DNA from: an uncultured bacterium
GTDB lineage: Bacteria; Krumholzibacteriota; Krumholzibacteriia; Krumholzibacteriales; Krumholzibacteriaceae
Length of the DNA stretch: 64,000 bases
NCBI GenBank assembly: GCA_963786935.1
Contig: CAWBAN010000003.1
Coordinates: 352,001-416,000 of the forward strand
Direction of reading: 5' to 3'
Made by a program: the position numbers and the translations under genes
Shown: positions 1 through 10,316 of the stretch, one piece after another
Numbering within the stretch: the stretch's first letter is position 1
How the letters are laid out: every line of letters begins with the position of its first letter
Notes under the pieces: model-generated
Told to the model about the DNA's origin: nothing
Database searches by the model: none
The model's input: the letters and a program-made list of their open reading frames with translations, nothing else

Positions 1-641
1 CCCGGGCGGACGGCCGTATTGAGCTGAATTTTATCCGCGCGCATCCTGCCGAGAGCGGTCCTGAGCGCCTCGATGTTCCGGCCATCGGCATTGTAGCCCT
101 CGATGAGCAGTATCTCGAAGAGCACCGTGCCGCGGTATTCCTTCAGGAACAGCTCGAGCCCCTCGATGATCCGCGGAAGACGCAGGAGCTCGTGGGGGCG
201 GTTGATGCGCAGGAACGAATCTTCCTCCGCGGCGTCGAGCGACGGCAGCACGATGTCGGCGCGCGCGAGCTCGTCCCGCACGTCGCTCATCCAGAGGAGA
301 GAGCTGTTCGTGATGACGGCGACGGGGCGGGACGCGAGGCGCCTCATCTCGTCGATGAGCTCTCCCATCGGCAGGTAGAGCGTCGGTTCTCCCGAACCGG
401 ACAGCGTGATGACGTCGGGCTTCTCCTTCATGCGGGAGAGGTGCGCCTCGAGATCGTCGAGGACGTCGCGCGCGGGGCAGAACGCGCGCCGCTCGCACGT
501 CAGGTCGGTCGTCTTCCCGCACTCGCAGTAGACGCAGTCGAAGGTGCACGTCTTGTGCGGGATGACGTCGACCCCGAGCGAAAGCCCGAGCCGCCGCGAC
601 GGGACGGGACCGAAAATTCTCCCCGAGCCCGGCGTTCTCAC
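1..641 (-). CDS. Radical SAM Fe-S oxidoreductase (COG0731/TYW1-like), 3' end runs off the window
   Basis: Not in the ORF track. Own translation from GTG at 641 (overlapping the MFS stop): MRTPGSGRIFGPVPSRRLGLSLGVDVIPHKTCTFDCVYCECG...SGSGEPTLY. Contains CxxxCxxC and the FGPVPSRRLG family signature. Confidence 0.9.
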   Translation of the reverse strand, partial: MRTPGSGRIFGPVPSRRLGLSLGVDVIPHKTCTFDCVYCECGKTTDLTCERRAFCPARDVLDDLEAHLSRMKEKPDVITLSGSGEPTLYLPMGELIDEMRRLASRPVAVITNSSLLWMSDVRDELARADIVLPSLDAAEEDSFLRINRPHELLRLPRIIEGLELFLKEYRGTVLFEILLIEGYNADGRNIEALRTALGRMRADKIQLNTAVRP

Positions 642-1873
642 GCACGCTCACCCGCCTTCGGCGCGCGGGGCGCGCGCAGCAGCGCGATTCCGAAGATCGT
701 TCCCGCCGCGAGCGCGAGGAGCGATCCCGCGATGAAGGTGGTCGAGGGCGAATAGCGGTCCCACAGCCATCCGCCGATCGTGCTCGCGGGAAGGAGCGCG
801 AGCCCGATGACCGTGTAATAGACCGCGAACCCCGTCGCCTTTCGCTCGCCCGGCAGCAGCGTGGCCATGTACGCGGTGCCGACGCCGTCGGTGAACGCGA
901 GGTAGATCCCCTGGAGCGGAAAGAGGATCCAGAGGGCGCTCATCGTCGTCTCGAACGCGAAGAGGGCGTAGAGCCCCGCGTACAGCAGGTATCCGAGGAA
1001 CGCGATCCGCGCCTTGCCGAACCGGTCGGCGAGCCTCCCGGCGGGATAGGAGAGGAGCGCGTAGGAAACGTTCATCGTCATATAGAGGATCGGCACCAGG
1101 CTGTCCTTGAAGCCGAGATCCCGGGCCCGCAGGACGAGGAAGAAGTTCGAGGAGTTGCCGAGGGAGAAAACGGCCGTCACGACGAGGAAGATCTTGAGCT
1201 CGCGCGTGAAGAGCGGGCCGCGCGTCGCGGGTCCTGCCGCCGATTGCGCCCCGCGCGTGCTCGCCGGCGCTGCGCCCCGCGCGGGGGCCCCATCGGCACC
1301 ACCCGCGATGCGGGCAGTTCGCTCCTGCACGAAGATCCGGATGATAGCGACGGCGATTGCCGCCGGAATGAAGGAAAGCCAGAACACCGACCGGTAGCCC
1401 ATGCCCGCCGAAAGGATCAGGGCTGCGAGCGCCGGTCCGAGCACGGCGCCCGCCGTATCCATGGTGCGCGTTATCCCGAAGGAGCGCCCGTAATGCTCCG
1501 AGGACGATACCTCGGCGATGAGGGCGTCGCGCGGGGGCGTTCTCACGCCCTTGCCGGCGCGGTCGATGAGCCTGAAGCCGAGGACGTGAGGCCAGCTCGC
1601 CGAGAGCGCCAGGAGCGGCCGCGCGAGCGTCGAGATCCCGTAGCCGAGGATGATCGCCGATTTCCTCCGCTTGAATTTGTCCGAGAGCCAGCCCGAGATC
1701 ACGCGGAAAAAGGACGCGGTCGTCTCGGAGAGCCCGGCGACGAATCCGATCGCGAGCCCTCCGGCGCCGAGGGACGAGAGAAACGCCGGGAGCAGCGGAT
1801 AGATCATCTCGCTCGAGACGTCCATGAAGAAGCTCACCCAGCCGAGGGCGAATATCGTCTTCCGTTCGCGCAT
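638..1873 (-). CDS. MFS transporter
   Basis: About 12 hydrophobic segments, GWLSDKFKRR and GRLADRFG loop motifs; start taken at MRERKTIF. Confidence 0.9.
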   Translation of the reverse strand: MRERKTIFALGWVSFFMDVSSEMIYPLLPAFLSSLGAGGLAIGFVAGLSETTASFFRVISGWLSDKFKRRKSAIILGYGISTLARPLLALSASWPHVLGFRLIDRAGKGVRTPPRDALIAEVSSSEHYGRSFGITRTMDTAGAVLGPALAALILSAGMGYRSVFWLSFIPAAIAVAIIRIFVQERTARIAGGADGAPARGAAPASTRGAQSAAGPATRGPLFTRELKIFLVVTAVFSLGNSSNFFLVLRARDLGFKDSLVPILYMTMNVSYALLSYPAGRLADRFGKARIAFLGYLLYAGLYALFAFETTMSALWILFPLQGIYLAFTDGVGTAYMATLLPGERKATGFAVYYTVIGLALLPASTIGGWLWDRYSPSTTFIAGSLLALAAGTIFGIALLRAPRAPKAGERA

Positions 1874-2023
1874 GGTGCCCCGAATATATACCTGCGGCGG
1901 CGCGGGATAAAGGTCATTGTGCAGATGCGAGACCCGCACGCGGGTCCTGTCGGCGATTGCACCCCGCACGTGCTCGCCCGCGGCCCCATCGCCGTCATCG
2001 GCGCGCCGCGTGCTCGATTTCCG

Positions 2024-2052
2024 TTGTAAATCGCCTCGCGCTGCAATACCTT
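2024..2052 (+). promoter_or_regulatory. Putative sigma70 promoter for the CoA-transferase/GNAT-HDAC operon
   Basis: TTGTAA-17 nt-TACCTT, followed by AGGAGG at 2061. Confidence 0.45.
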
Positions 2053-2076
2053 TGTTCACGAGGAGGTGGGGTAATC

Positions 2077-3984
2077 GTGTATCAAAAAGGGATGTCGAGC
2101 ATGGGATCGTCCGTCCTCGACCTGTACGAGTCCCGGAAGCGTGCGATCGACGACGTGGTCAAGATCGTGAAGCCGGGCAGCCGCATATTCATCGGCTCGG
2201 GCGCCGCGGAGCCGCAGACCCTCGTCAAGGTGCTCATCGAGAGAGGCAAATCGATCGCGGACCACGAGACGATCAATCTCATCGAGCTCGGCACGACACC
2301 GTACACCGAAGCGGTGATGAGCAAGCCGTTCCACCAAAACGCGTTCTTCATCGGGGCGAACGTCCGTGACGCGGTGAACGAGGGCCGGGCCGAGTACACG
2401 CCGATCTTCATGTCGGAGCTCCCCTGGTACCTCCGGTCGGGGCGGCTCAGGATCGACGTCGCGTTCATCCAGGTCGCGCCCCCCGACAACTACGGGTTCT
2501 GCTCGTTCGGCGTCTCGGTCGACGTCGTCAAGGCCGCCGCCGAGTCGGCGGAGGTCGTCATCGCCGAGGTCAACCGGCAGATGCCGCGCACGCTCGGCGA
2601 CTGCTTCATCCATCTCAAGGACATCGATTACGTCATCGAGAGCGACATTCCCCTGCTCACCTGGACGCCGCCCGCGCCCGATGAGGTCGCGATGCGGATC
2701 GGCCAGAACGTCTCGCGGCTCGTCGGCGACGGCGCGACGATCCAGACGGGGATCGGCATGATTCCGAACGCGATCCTCGGATTTCTCAAGGACAAGAAAA
2801 ACCTCGGCCTCCATACCGAGATGTTCTCCGACGGGATCATCGACCTCGTCGAGTCGGGGGTCATCACGAACAGCAAGAAGACGCTCCACAACGGCAAGAT
2901 CATCGCGACTTTCTGCATGGGCACGCAGCGCCTGTACGACTTCGTCGACGACAACCCGCTCATCGAGTTTCATCCGTGCGACTACACGAACGATCCGTTC
3001 CTCATCGCGCGGAACGACCATATGATCTCGATCAACGCGGCGATCCAGGTCGATCTCACGGGGCAGGTTTGCGCCGACTCGATCGGGGAGTACTTCTACG
3101 CCGGGATCGGCGGGCAGGTCGATTTCGTGCGCGGCGCCGCCCGGTCGAAGGGGGGAAAGCCGATCATCGTGCTTCCCTCGACCGCGAAAAAGGGCACCGT
3201 GTCGCGCATCGTGCCGTTCCTCGATCAGGGCGCCGGGGTCGTGACGTCCCGCGGCGACGTGGCATACGTCGTGACGGAGTACGGCATCACGAACCTTCAC
3301 GGGCGCAATCTCCGCGAGCGCGCGCTCGCGCTCATCAGCATCGCGCATCCCGATTTCCGCGACGACCTTCTCAACTACGCGAAGCAGCGCCACCTCGTGC
3401 ATCTCGATCAGATGCCGCTCACCGTGGCGGGGCGGTTCTATCCCGAGCAGTACGAGCACACGGCGACGATCGGGGACCGCAAGGTGTTTTTCCGGCCGAT
3501 CAAGCCGACGGACGAGGCGATCGAGCGCGCCTTCTTCTACAGCCTCAGCGACGAGACGGTCTATTACCGCTTCTTCAACATCGTGAAAACGATGCCGCAC
3601 GAGAAGCTTCAGCCGCTCGTCAACATCGACTATCGCGACGAGATGGCGATCGTCGGGCTCACCGGGGAGCCGGGGGACGAGGAGATGGTGGCGATCGGCC
3701 GCTTCAAGCTCGACCACACGGACGATTACGCCGAGGTCGCGTTCGTCGTGCACGACAACTGGCAGAACCTCGGCATCGGCTCGTATCTCATGCGCACGCT
3801 CATCACGATCGCGCAGAACATGGGGGCCGAGGGCTTCAAGGCGGACGTGCTCGCCGAGAACAAGAAGATGCTCCACATGTTCCACAAGTGCGGCTATCCC
3901 GCCCACACCCGCCTCGAAGAAGGGGTCTACACCGTCCGGGTCGATTTCACCGAGAGGAGCGCGCCCGGTGAGCGGCACGCATGA
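2077..3984 (+). CDS. Acetyl-CoA hydrolase/4-hydroxybutyrate CoA-transferase family protein fused to a C-terminal GNAT acyltransferase
   Basis: GLHTEM catalytic Glu motif, GIGGQVDF, VVTEYG; C-terminal RPIKPTDE...AEVAFVVHDNWQNLGIG GNAT motif A; AGGAGG RBS before GTG 2077. Confidence 0.9.
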   Translation: MYQKGMSSMGSSVLDLYESRKRAIDDVVKIVKPGSRIFIGSGAAEPQTLVKVLIERGKSIADHETINLIELGTTPYTEAVMSKPFHQNAFFIGANVRDAVNEGRAEYTPIFMSELPWYLRSGRLRIDVAFIQVAPPDNYGFCSFGVSVDVVKAAAESAEVVIAEVNRQMPRTLGDCFIHLKDIDYVIESDIPLLTWTPPAPDEVAMRIGQNVSRLVGDGATIQTGIGMIPNAILGFLKDKKNLGLHTEMFSDGIIDLVESGVITNSKKTLHNGKIIATFCMGTQRLYDFVDDNPLIEFHPCDYTNDPFLIARNDHMISINAAIQVDLTGQVCADSIGEYFYAGIGGQVDFVRGAARSKGGKPIIVLPSTAKKGTVSRIVPFLDQGAGVVTSRGDVAYVVTEYGITNLHGRNLRERALALISIAHPDFRDDLLNYAKQRHLVHLDQMPLTVAGRFYPEQYEHTATIGDRKVFFRPIKPTDEAIERAFFYSLSDETVYYRFFNIVKTMPHEKLQPLVNIDYRDEMAIVGLTGEPGDEEMVAIGRFKLDHTDDYAEVAFVVHDNWQNLGIGSYLMRTLITIAQNMGAEGFKADVLAENKKMLHMFHKCGYPAHTRLEEGVYTVRVDFTERSAPGERHA

Positions 3985-5115
3985 GGCAGGCGCCGTCTTC
4001 ATCAACTCGAAACGCCTCGGCGCGTTCCGGTTCAGCCCCGACCATCCGTTCAATCCGGAGCGCGTGACGCGCGTGTACCGCATGTGCGAGTCGCGCGGGC
4101 TCTTCTCCGGCCCGAACGCGCGCGTCGTCGAGGTCGAGGAGCCCGAGGAAGGGGTGCTCGAGCGCTTCCATACGAGCGAGTACATCGCCGCGCTGAAGCG
4201 GGCGAACGACGGCACCGAGATCGACGTCGAGATGCTCCAGCACGGAATCGGCTCGCCGGAGAATCCCGTGTTCAAGGGGGTCTACGATTTCTCGACGCTC
4301 GCGGCGACGGCGAGCCTCACCGCGGCCCGCCGCATACTCGGCGGCGCCGCCGCCGCGTTCAATCCGTGCGGCGGCTTTCATCACGCCCATCCCGACCGCG
4401 CGTCCGGTTTCTGCTACGTGAACGATATCGCGATCGCGATCGACGAGCTGCGGCGGGGAGGGCTCAGGGTGGCCTACCTCGACATCGACGCGCATCACGG
4501 CGACGCCGTGCAGAACGCGTACTACGCCGACCGGTCCGTGCTCACGATCTCGGTTCACGAAACGGGCAAGACGCTGTTCCCCTGGGGAGGATTCGAGCGG
4601 GAGGCGGGGCAGGGCGCGGGGCTCGGCTACAACGTGAACGTGCCGCTCGAGCCGGGCGCCGACGACGACGTCTTCCTCGTGCTGTTCGAGGGAATCGTCA
4701 TGCCGGCGCTCGAGATCTTCGCCCCGGACGTCGTCGTGGGGCAATTCGGAACGGACAGCTTCGCGACCGATCCGCTCACGCACCTGCGGCTCACCAACAA
4801 CGGATACATCGAGGCGATCGAGATGCTTCACGAGAGCCATCCGCGCATCCTCGCGCTCGGGGGCGGCGGCTACAGCATGCGGGACGTCGAGCGCGGCTGG
4901 ACGCTTCTCTGGGCGGAGCTCGCCGGGATCGAGTTCGACGAAGGCTACGGGGGGCGCTCGGCGGCGTGTTCCTCGGGGACAGCACGCTGCCCGGGTCGGA
5001 TCTGCGGGACATGCACGCGTACACGACCGGCCCCGAGAAGGACCGCATGCTGGCGCGCTCACGCGAGCTCGTCGATCATTTCGAGGAAAACATCCGTCCG
5101 CGCCTCGCGCGATAG
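3968..5115 (+). CDS. Histone deacetylase family (AcuC-like) lysine deacylase; -1 frameshift at G6 run 4949-4954
   Basis: HPFNPER, GGFHHA, DIDAHHGD, GTDSFATDPL and GGGGY motifs in the 3968 frame; a plausible C-terminus continues in the 4084..5115 frame (GALGGVFLGD...RPRLAR). Confidence 0.85.
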
Positions 5116-5151
5116 CGCGGGGGGGCGCGGCGTGCCGGCCGCGGCATCGCG

Positions 5152-5931
5152 TTACGGCGGCGTCTGCGTCTGCCGGTCGACGACGTTGGACAATCCGGAC
5201 AGATTGGGCTTCTCGTCCGCCGTCTTGAGGGCGAAGTAGTAGAGCGTTCCCGGCGCGAGGGGCCCGACGGCGAAGGATTCGGCGGTCCCCGCCGGTTTGG
5301 GCTGCGGCTCTCCGCCCGCCGGGGACGCGGCGGCCCAGGTGGCCTCCGTGATGGGATTCCTCGAGTAACGCACGTCGTAGTACGCGGCGGTGCCGGTCGT
5401 CCCGTCGTCCCCCGGCGCGGTCCACATCAGCGTGACGGTGTTCGTCGCGTACGCGATCACGGCGAGGTCCGTGACGGCCGCGGGGGGGACGTTATCCGGT
5501 TTCGCGGTCGTCGGGGCGCTCGCGATGTTCGATTTGGAGGACCAGTTGCCGTCCGCGTCGGCGGTCTTGAGCGCGAAATAATAGTTTGTCGTGGGCGTGA
5601 GCCCGGTTACGACGAACGTGTCCTGGCTTCCGCCGGGCTTCGGCGCCGGCTCCCCCGCCGCCTGCGCCGCGGAGGGCCAGACGTCCTCGGTCAGCGGCTC
5701 ATTCGCCGAATAGCGTATGTCGTACCGCGCGGCGGCGCCGGTCCATCCGTCGCCCCCCGGGGCGGTCCAGACGAGCGTGATCCGGTCCCACTCGGGCGTG
5801 ACGGCCACGAGCGAGTTGACCGCCGCGGGAGGGGTCGAATCGGCGGGGGCGCCCGGGTCGTCCGAACAGGAGCACAACAACGATAACAGGGCCGGAATCA
5901 TCGAGATGCGGACGCGAGCTTCGAGCCGCAT
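5152..5931 (-). CDS. Lipoprotein with two fibronectin type III repeats
   Basis: Signal peptide ending LLCSC; two internal repeats PPAAV.L...TL.WTAPG.DG..G.AA.YD.RYS...YYFALKTAD...N.S..SN. Confidence 0.85.
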   Translation of the reverse strand: MRLEARVRISMIPALLSLLCSCSDDPGAPADSTPPAAVNSLVAVTPEWDRITLVWTAPGGDGWTGAAARYDIRYSANEPLTEDVWPSAAQAAGEPAPKPGGSQDTFVVTGLTPTTNYYFALKTADADGNWSSKSNIASAPTTAKPDNVPPAAVTDLAVIAYATNTVTLMWTAPGDDGTTGTAAYYDVRYSRNPITEATWAAASPAGGEPQPKPAGTAESFAVGPLAPGTLYYFALKTADEKPNLSGLSNVVDRQTQTPP

Positions 5932-6087
5932 GCGCCATCCCTCCTCGGTGCGGGCCTGCGGAGCGCACGATCCCGTGCGCGGTTCTCCCCTGAAATATAT
6001 ATGATTTTGCGTTGAATATTGACGCTATTTTATTTAACTTACATCGCGTTCGAATGGCTCGGAAAACCGCTCTCCCGCGGCCTCGCG

Positions 6088-8553
6088 ATGCAAGCTGGTG
6101 ACACGGTGCTCGAAAACGAATATGTGATTCTCGAATCCGAGCTGAACGCGCTCGTCGACGCGGCGCGCGCTTCGGGGCTCGGCCGCGAGGTCGAGGAGCG
6201 TCTCCGGGCCGCCGCTGAAACGGTTCATTACCGGAACGTGGCGGGGGAGAGCGCGCTCCTCGGGCTCGTCGGCTCCGTCGTCCGCGATTCGAAGCCCCCG
6301 ATTCTGTCGACGGCGTGGGAAGAGGCGTGGGGCAATCTCTTTTCGCATCTCATCGAAATCGTTCTCGCCTCGGAGAATAGATCGCGCATCCTCATCCCGC
6401 ACCTCTACGGCCGGGAGCCACTTCCCGCCGAGACCGGGCGCGAGCGCATCCTCTGCGTCAATCCCGGCTCGACGTCGACGAAGCTCGCCCTGTATCACGG
6501 GCTGGATCTCGTCGCCTCGGAAGAGGTGCACCTGCCTCCCGATTATCCCGACAGCATCGAGAACCGCGCGAAGACGATCATCGAGTGGGTGCGCGCGCGG
6601 GGGATCGGGGCGGGGGATCTCACCGGCATCGCGTGCCGCGGCGGATTCGTCGCGCCGGTGCCGACGGGGACGTACGAGGTCTGCCCGGCGATGGTGGAAG
6701 ATCTGGCGAAGCCGCGGATCGTCCACGCGTCGAACATGGCGATTCCCATCGGGCTCAAGATCAAGGAAGACTTCGCGGGGACCGGTGATATCCTCGTCAC
6801 GACGACCGACCCCGTCTCGTCGGACGAGATGGAGACCGGGGCCCGCATGACGGGAATCCGCCGCATCCTGCGCGACGGCTCGGGCGCCCATTACCTGAAT
6901 CACCGCGCGGTGCACACCCTCGTCTGCTCGCTCCTCGGCGCCCCGCAGGACGAGCTCACGACGATCGGCGCGCACATGGGCGGCGGCATTTCGATCCTTC
7001 GCCACGTCGACGGCCGCGTCACCGATCTCGTGAACGCCTTCTCGGGCGTTCCGAGCGCGAACCGGAGCGGCAACATCCCGCTCGACGTCCTCCTCCGCGC
7101 GATCGACGAGGGGGAAATCAGCACGCCCGAGCTCAAGCGCTACCTCTACAAGATGGGGGGGCTCATCGACCTCACCGGGACGAACGATTTCCGCGCGCTG
7201 CTCCACTTCAGGGACTCGGGCGCCGTCACACGCCAGCGGCAGAAGATCGAGCTCGTCGTGGATTTCATGGCGCGGAGCATATCGGGCGCCGTGATGCAGC
7301 TCGGCGCGATCGAGAAGCCGATCGACGTCGTGATCCTCACCGGCGGGCTCTCGCGGAGCCGCGAGTTCGTCGGGCGCATCAGGCGCAAGCTCTATCCCTA
7401 TTTCCCCGTCGTCGTCGTCCCGGGCGCGATCGAGCACGAGGCGCTCGTCGCGGGGCATTTCAGGGCGCGCTTCCGCCCGGAGACGCTCGAAAGATACGAG
7501 GATGCGCGCGACGCGCTCCGGCGGCTCAGGTCGGACGAGCGCGTGCTCATCGACACGGAGATATTCACCCACCCGCAGCTCCGCAAGAAGGAGAACGCGA
7601 CCGTCACGAGCCTCGACGAGCTCATCTATCTCGCGCGCTCGATGGTATCGAAGCATCGCGCGCCCCGGATCGCGATCGTCGGCGCGGAGAACGAGGACGC
7701 CGTCGTCGCGGCGAAGCAGGCGAACGAGGAAGGGCGGTTCCCGATCGCGAAGTTCGTCCTCGTCGGGGATTTCTACGAGGTCAACAAGCTCGCGTGGGAG
7801 TACGACATCAAGATCGACGGCGACAACTACGCGATCGTCGATACCGACCATCCCGTGGAGAAGGCGGTCGAGCTCTACGCCTCGGGGGAGGCCGACCTCC
7901 TCATGAAGGGAGGCGTCAAGACCGAGGAGATCCTGCGCGGGGTGCTCTCGTACCTCAAGCGGAGCGGAAAGCTCGAGAAGGGGCGAATCTACAGCCACGT
8001 CGGCGTGTTCCAGATCCCGAATTACCCGAAGCTCCTCACGGTCACGGACGCCGCCGTCAATCCCAACCCCGACCTCGCGCAGAAGAAGATGATTCTCGAG
8101 AACGCCCTCACGGTGCTCCGGTATCTCAACATCGCGAAGCCGAAGGTGGCCATCATCTCGGCGGTGGAGACGCGCAATCCGAGCGTCGAATCGTCGATCC
8201 TCGCCGGGCTCCTCGCCGAGGAGTTCGAAACCCGGGACGACTGCATCGTCGAGGGGCCGCTCTCGCTCGACGTCGCCATCGATCCGCACTCCGCCTCGGA
8301 GAAGAACTACAAGGGGCAGATCAAGGGCAACGCCGATATTCTCCTGATGCCCGACATCGAAGCGGGGAACGTCGTCTACAAGACGCTCACCGTGTCGTCG
8401 GGCGCGTATCTCGCCGGAGTGGTCGCGGGCGGGGGCATTCCCATCGTGCTCGCGTCCCGGGGGGATTCGTCCCGGTCGAAGCTCGCCTCGATCTGCCTCG
8501 CCTGCATCGTCGCGATGAAGCAGGGGAGCTTCGGGGATTCCGTCGGGAAGTAG
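6088..8553 (+). CDS. buk: Butyrate kinase fused to phosphate butyryltransferase (Buk-Ptb), with an extra N-terminal domain
   Basis: NPGSTSTK, RGG, HASN, AHMGGGIS and ILTGG (Buk), then LMKG, DAAVNPNP, GPLSLDVAI, PDIEAGN and SRGDS (Ptb), all in one continuous frame; start codon uncertain. Confidence 0.88.
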   Translation: MQAGDTVLENEYVILESELNALVDAARASGLGREVEERLRAAAETVHYRNVAGESALLGLVGSVVRDSKPPILSTAWEEAWGNLFSHLIEIVLASENRSRILIPHLYGREPLPAETGRERILCVNPGSTSTKLALYHGLDLVASEEVHLPPDYPDSIENRAKTIIEWVRARGIGAGDLTGIACRGGFVAPVPTGTYEVCPAMVEDLAKPRIVHASNMAIPIGLKIKEDFAGTGDILVTTTDPVSSDEMETGARMTGIRRILRDGSGAHYLNHRAVHTLVCSLLGAPQDELTTIGAHMGGGISILRHVDGRVTDLVNAFSGVPSANRSGNIPLDVLLRAIDEGEISTPELKRYLYKMGGLIDLTGTNDFRALLHFRDSGAVTRQRQKIELVVDFMARSISGAVMQLGAIEKPIDVVILTGGLSRSREFVGRIRRKLYPYFPVVVVPGAIEHEALVAGHFRARFRPETLERYEDARDALRRLRSDERVLIDTEIFTHPQLRKKENATVTSLDELIYLARSMVSKHRAPRIAIVGAENEDAVVAAKQANEEGRFPIAKFVLVGDFYEVNKLAWEYDIKIDGDNYAIVDTDHPVEKAVELYASGEADLLMKGGVKTEEILRGVLSYLKRSGKLEKGRIYSHVGVFQIPNYPKLLTVTDAAVNPNPDLAQKKMILENALTVLRYLNIAKPKVAIISAVETRNPSVESSILAGLLAEEFETRDDCIVEGPLSLDVAIDPHSASEKNYKGQIKGNADILLMPDIEAGNVVYKTLTVSSGAYLAGVVAGGGIPIVLASRGDSSRSKLASICLACIVAMKQGSFGDSVGK

Positions 8554-8578
8554 CCGCTCACGAACGGAGGTTTACCCC

Positions 8579-10285
8579 ATGACCGATCACGCGAAGCGTT
8601 TGATCCTCGCGCTGTTTCTGCTCGTCTTTCTCGTGGTGATCCCCGTGGTGGCGGTCATGAATCTCGGAGGATCGGGGAGCGTGCCGGCGGCGGCGGAGGA
8701 TGTGGCGGTCGTTCTCGAGGTCAGCGGGGAGATGCTCGAGTACCGGCCCTCGTTCTCTCCGGGGCTCTTCTTCGGGTGGCGCGAGCTCACCATGACCGAC
8801 GCGCTCGCCTGCATCGACGCGGCGGGACGCGACGTCCGCGTGAAGGGGCTCGTCCTGAAGATATACCCGTCGGGAGCGGGCGCGGCGAAGTGCGAGGAGC
8901 TCAAAGCCGCCATCGACCGCTTCCGGGAGTCCGGGAAACCGGTCGTCGCGTTCGCGCCCGTGCTCGAGGGATACCATTACCTGATCGCCTGCGCCGCTGA
9001 CTCCATCTTCATGCCCCCCGCGGGCTACGTCATCATCCCGGGCCCCTCGTCGAGCGCGATCTTCCTCCGGGGCGCCTTCGACAAGCTCGGCGTCAACCCG
9101 AACATCGACCGGATCGGCGAGTACAAGTCGGCGGCTGAAATGTATACCGAGACGGAGCGCACTCCCGAGTCGCGCGCGATGACCGAACTCCTCCTCGGCG
9201 ACATTTTCGAGCGGTACGTGGCCGACATCGCGGCCGCCCGCGGCTGCGGCGAGGACGCGGTGCTCGCGTGGATCGATCGCGGGCTCTTTTCCCCCGAGCG
9301 CGCCTTCAACGAGGGAATCATCGACGGCGTCCGGTACTGGGACGAGATCGAAGCCGGATCCGGGTTCGCGGATCTGAATTTCGTCGAATCGCACGAGTAT
9401 CTCCGCGGCAAACGCGCCGCCGTTCTCCCCGAGGGCCCGCGCGTCGCCGTGATCCACGCGCAGGGGCTCATCACGGGGGGAGAGAGCGGATTCGATCCCC
9501 TGGAGGGCCTCACGATGGGCTCCGAAACGATCGTCGAGCAGCTCCGCAAGGCGCGCGAGGACGGCGAAACCAAGGCGGTGATCCTCCGCGTCGACTCGCC
9601 GGGCGGCGACGCCTTCGCCGGGGACATGATCTCCCGCGAGGTCGAGCTCACGTCGCAGGTGAAGCCGGTCGTCGTCTCGATGTCGGACGTCGCCGCGTCG
9701 GGCGGCTACGAGATCGCCTATCGCGCGGACCACATCGTCGCGCTCCCGACGAGCGTCACGGGCTCGATCGGCTCGATCACGGGCAAGCTGAACGCGAAGG
9801 GGCTCTACAACAAGCTCGGCGTGACGAAGGACGAGATCGGCACGGGGAAGAATTCCCTCATCAACTCGGACTATCGCGATTACTCCGACGAGGAGTGGGC
9901 GCTCATCCGGGAGGAGCACCAGGCGTTCTACCGGGGCTGGATCGAGGATATCGCGCTCTTCCGCGAAATGCCGGCCGACTCGATCGATTCGCTCGGGCGG
10001 GGGCGCGTGTGGACGGGAACGCAGGCCCTCGAAAACGGGCTCATCGACGAGACGGGCGGCATGCACGAGGCCGTCTCGGCGGCGTGCGAGCTCGCCGGGA
10101 TCGAGGATTCGTCGCGCGTCGTGCTCGTGCACTATCCGAAGCGCGTCACGCTCCTGCAGGAGATCCTCTCGCGCAATTTCCTCGAGGACGCCGCCTCGTA
10201 CGCCGTTCACCGCGCGCTTTCCGGCGATCCCGCGGCGCGGAGCGGGCTCTTCCTCAAGCATGTCGGCGGGGTGAAGATACGCTGA
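8579..10285 (+). CDS. sppA: Signal peptide peptidase SppA (S49, long form)
   Basis: N-terminal TM helix; GEYKSAAE, LRVDSPGG, AASGGY, TGSIG and GRVWTG motifs; GGAGG RBS. Confidence 0.93.
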   Translation: MTDHAKRLILALFLLVFLVVIPVVAVMNLGGSGSVPAAAEDVAVVLEVSGEMLEYRPSFSPGLFFGWRELTMTDALACIDAAGRDVRVKGLVLKIYPSGAGAAKCEELKAAIDRFRESGKPVVAFAPVLEGYHYLIACAADSIFMPPAGYVIIPGPSSSAIFLRGAFDKLGVNPNIDRIGEYKSAAEMYTETERTPESRAMTELLLGDIFERYVADIAAARGCGEDAVLAWIDRGLFSPERAFNEGIIDGVRYWDEIEAGSGFADLNFVESHEYLRGKRAAVLPEGPRVAVIHAQGLITGGESGFDPLEGLTMGSETIVEQLRKAREDGETKAVILRVDSPGGDAFAGDMISREVELTSQVKPVVVSMSDVAASGGYEIAYRADHIVALPTSVTGSIGSITGKLNAKGLYNKLGVTKDEIGTGKNSLINSDYRDYSDEEWALIREEHQAFYRGWIEDIALFREMPADSIDSLGRGRVWTGTQALENGLIDETGGMHEAVSAACELAGIEDSSRVVLVHYPKRVTLLQEILSRNFLEDAASYAVHRALSGDPAARSGLFLKHVGGVKIR

Positions 10286-10316
10286 GAGATTCGCGGCGCC
10301 GTGCGCGCGCGGACGC

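Noticed and set aside
31..651. ORF-track 206-aa protein at the window start
   Set aside because: Wrong frame; the radical SAM motifs are in the frame starting at 641 that runs off the window.
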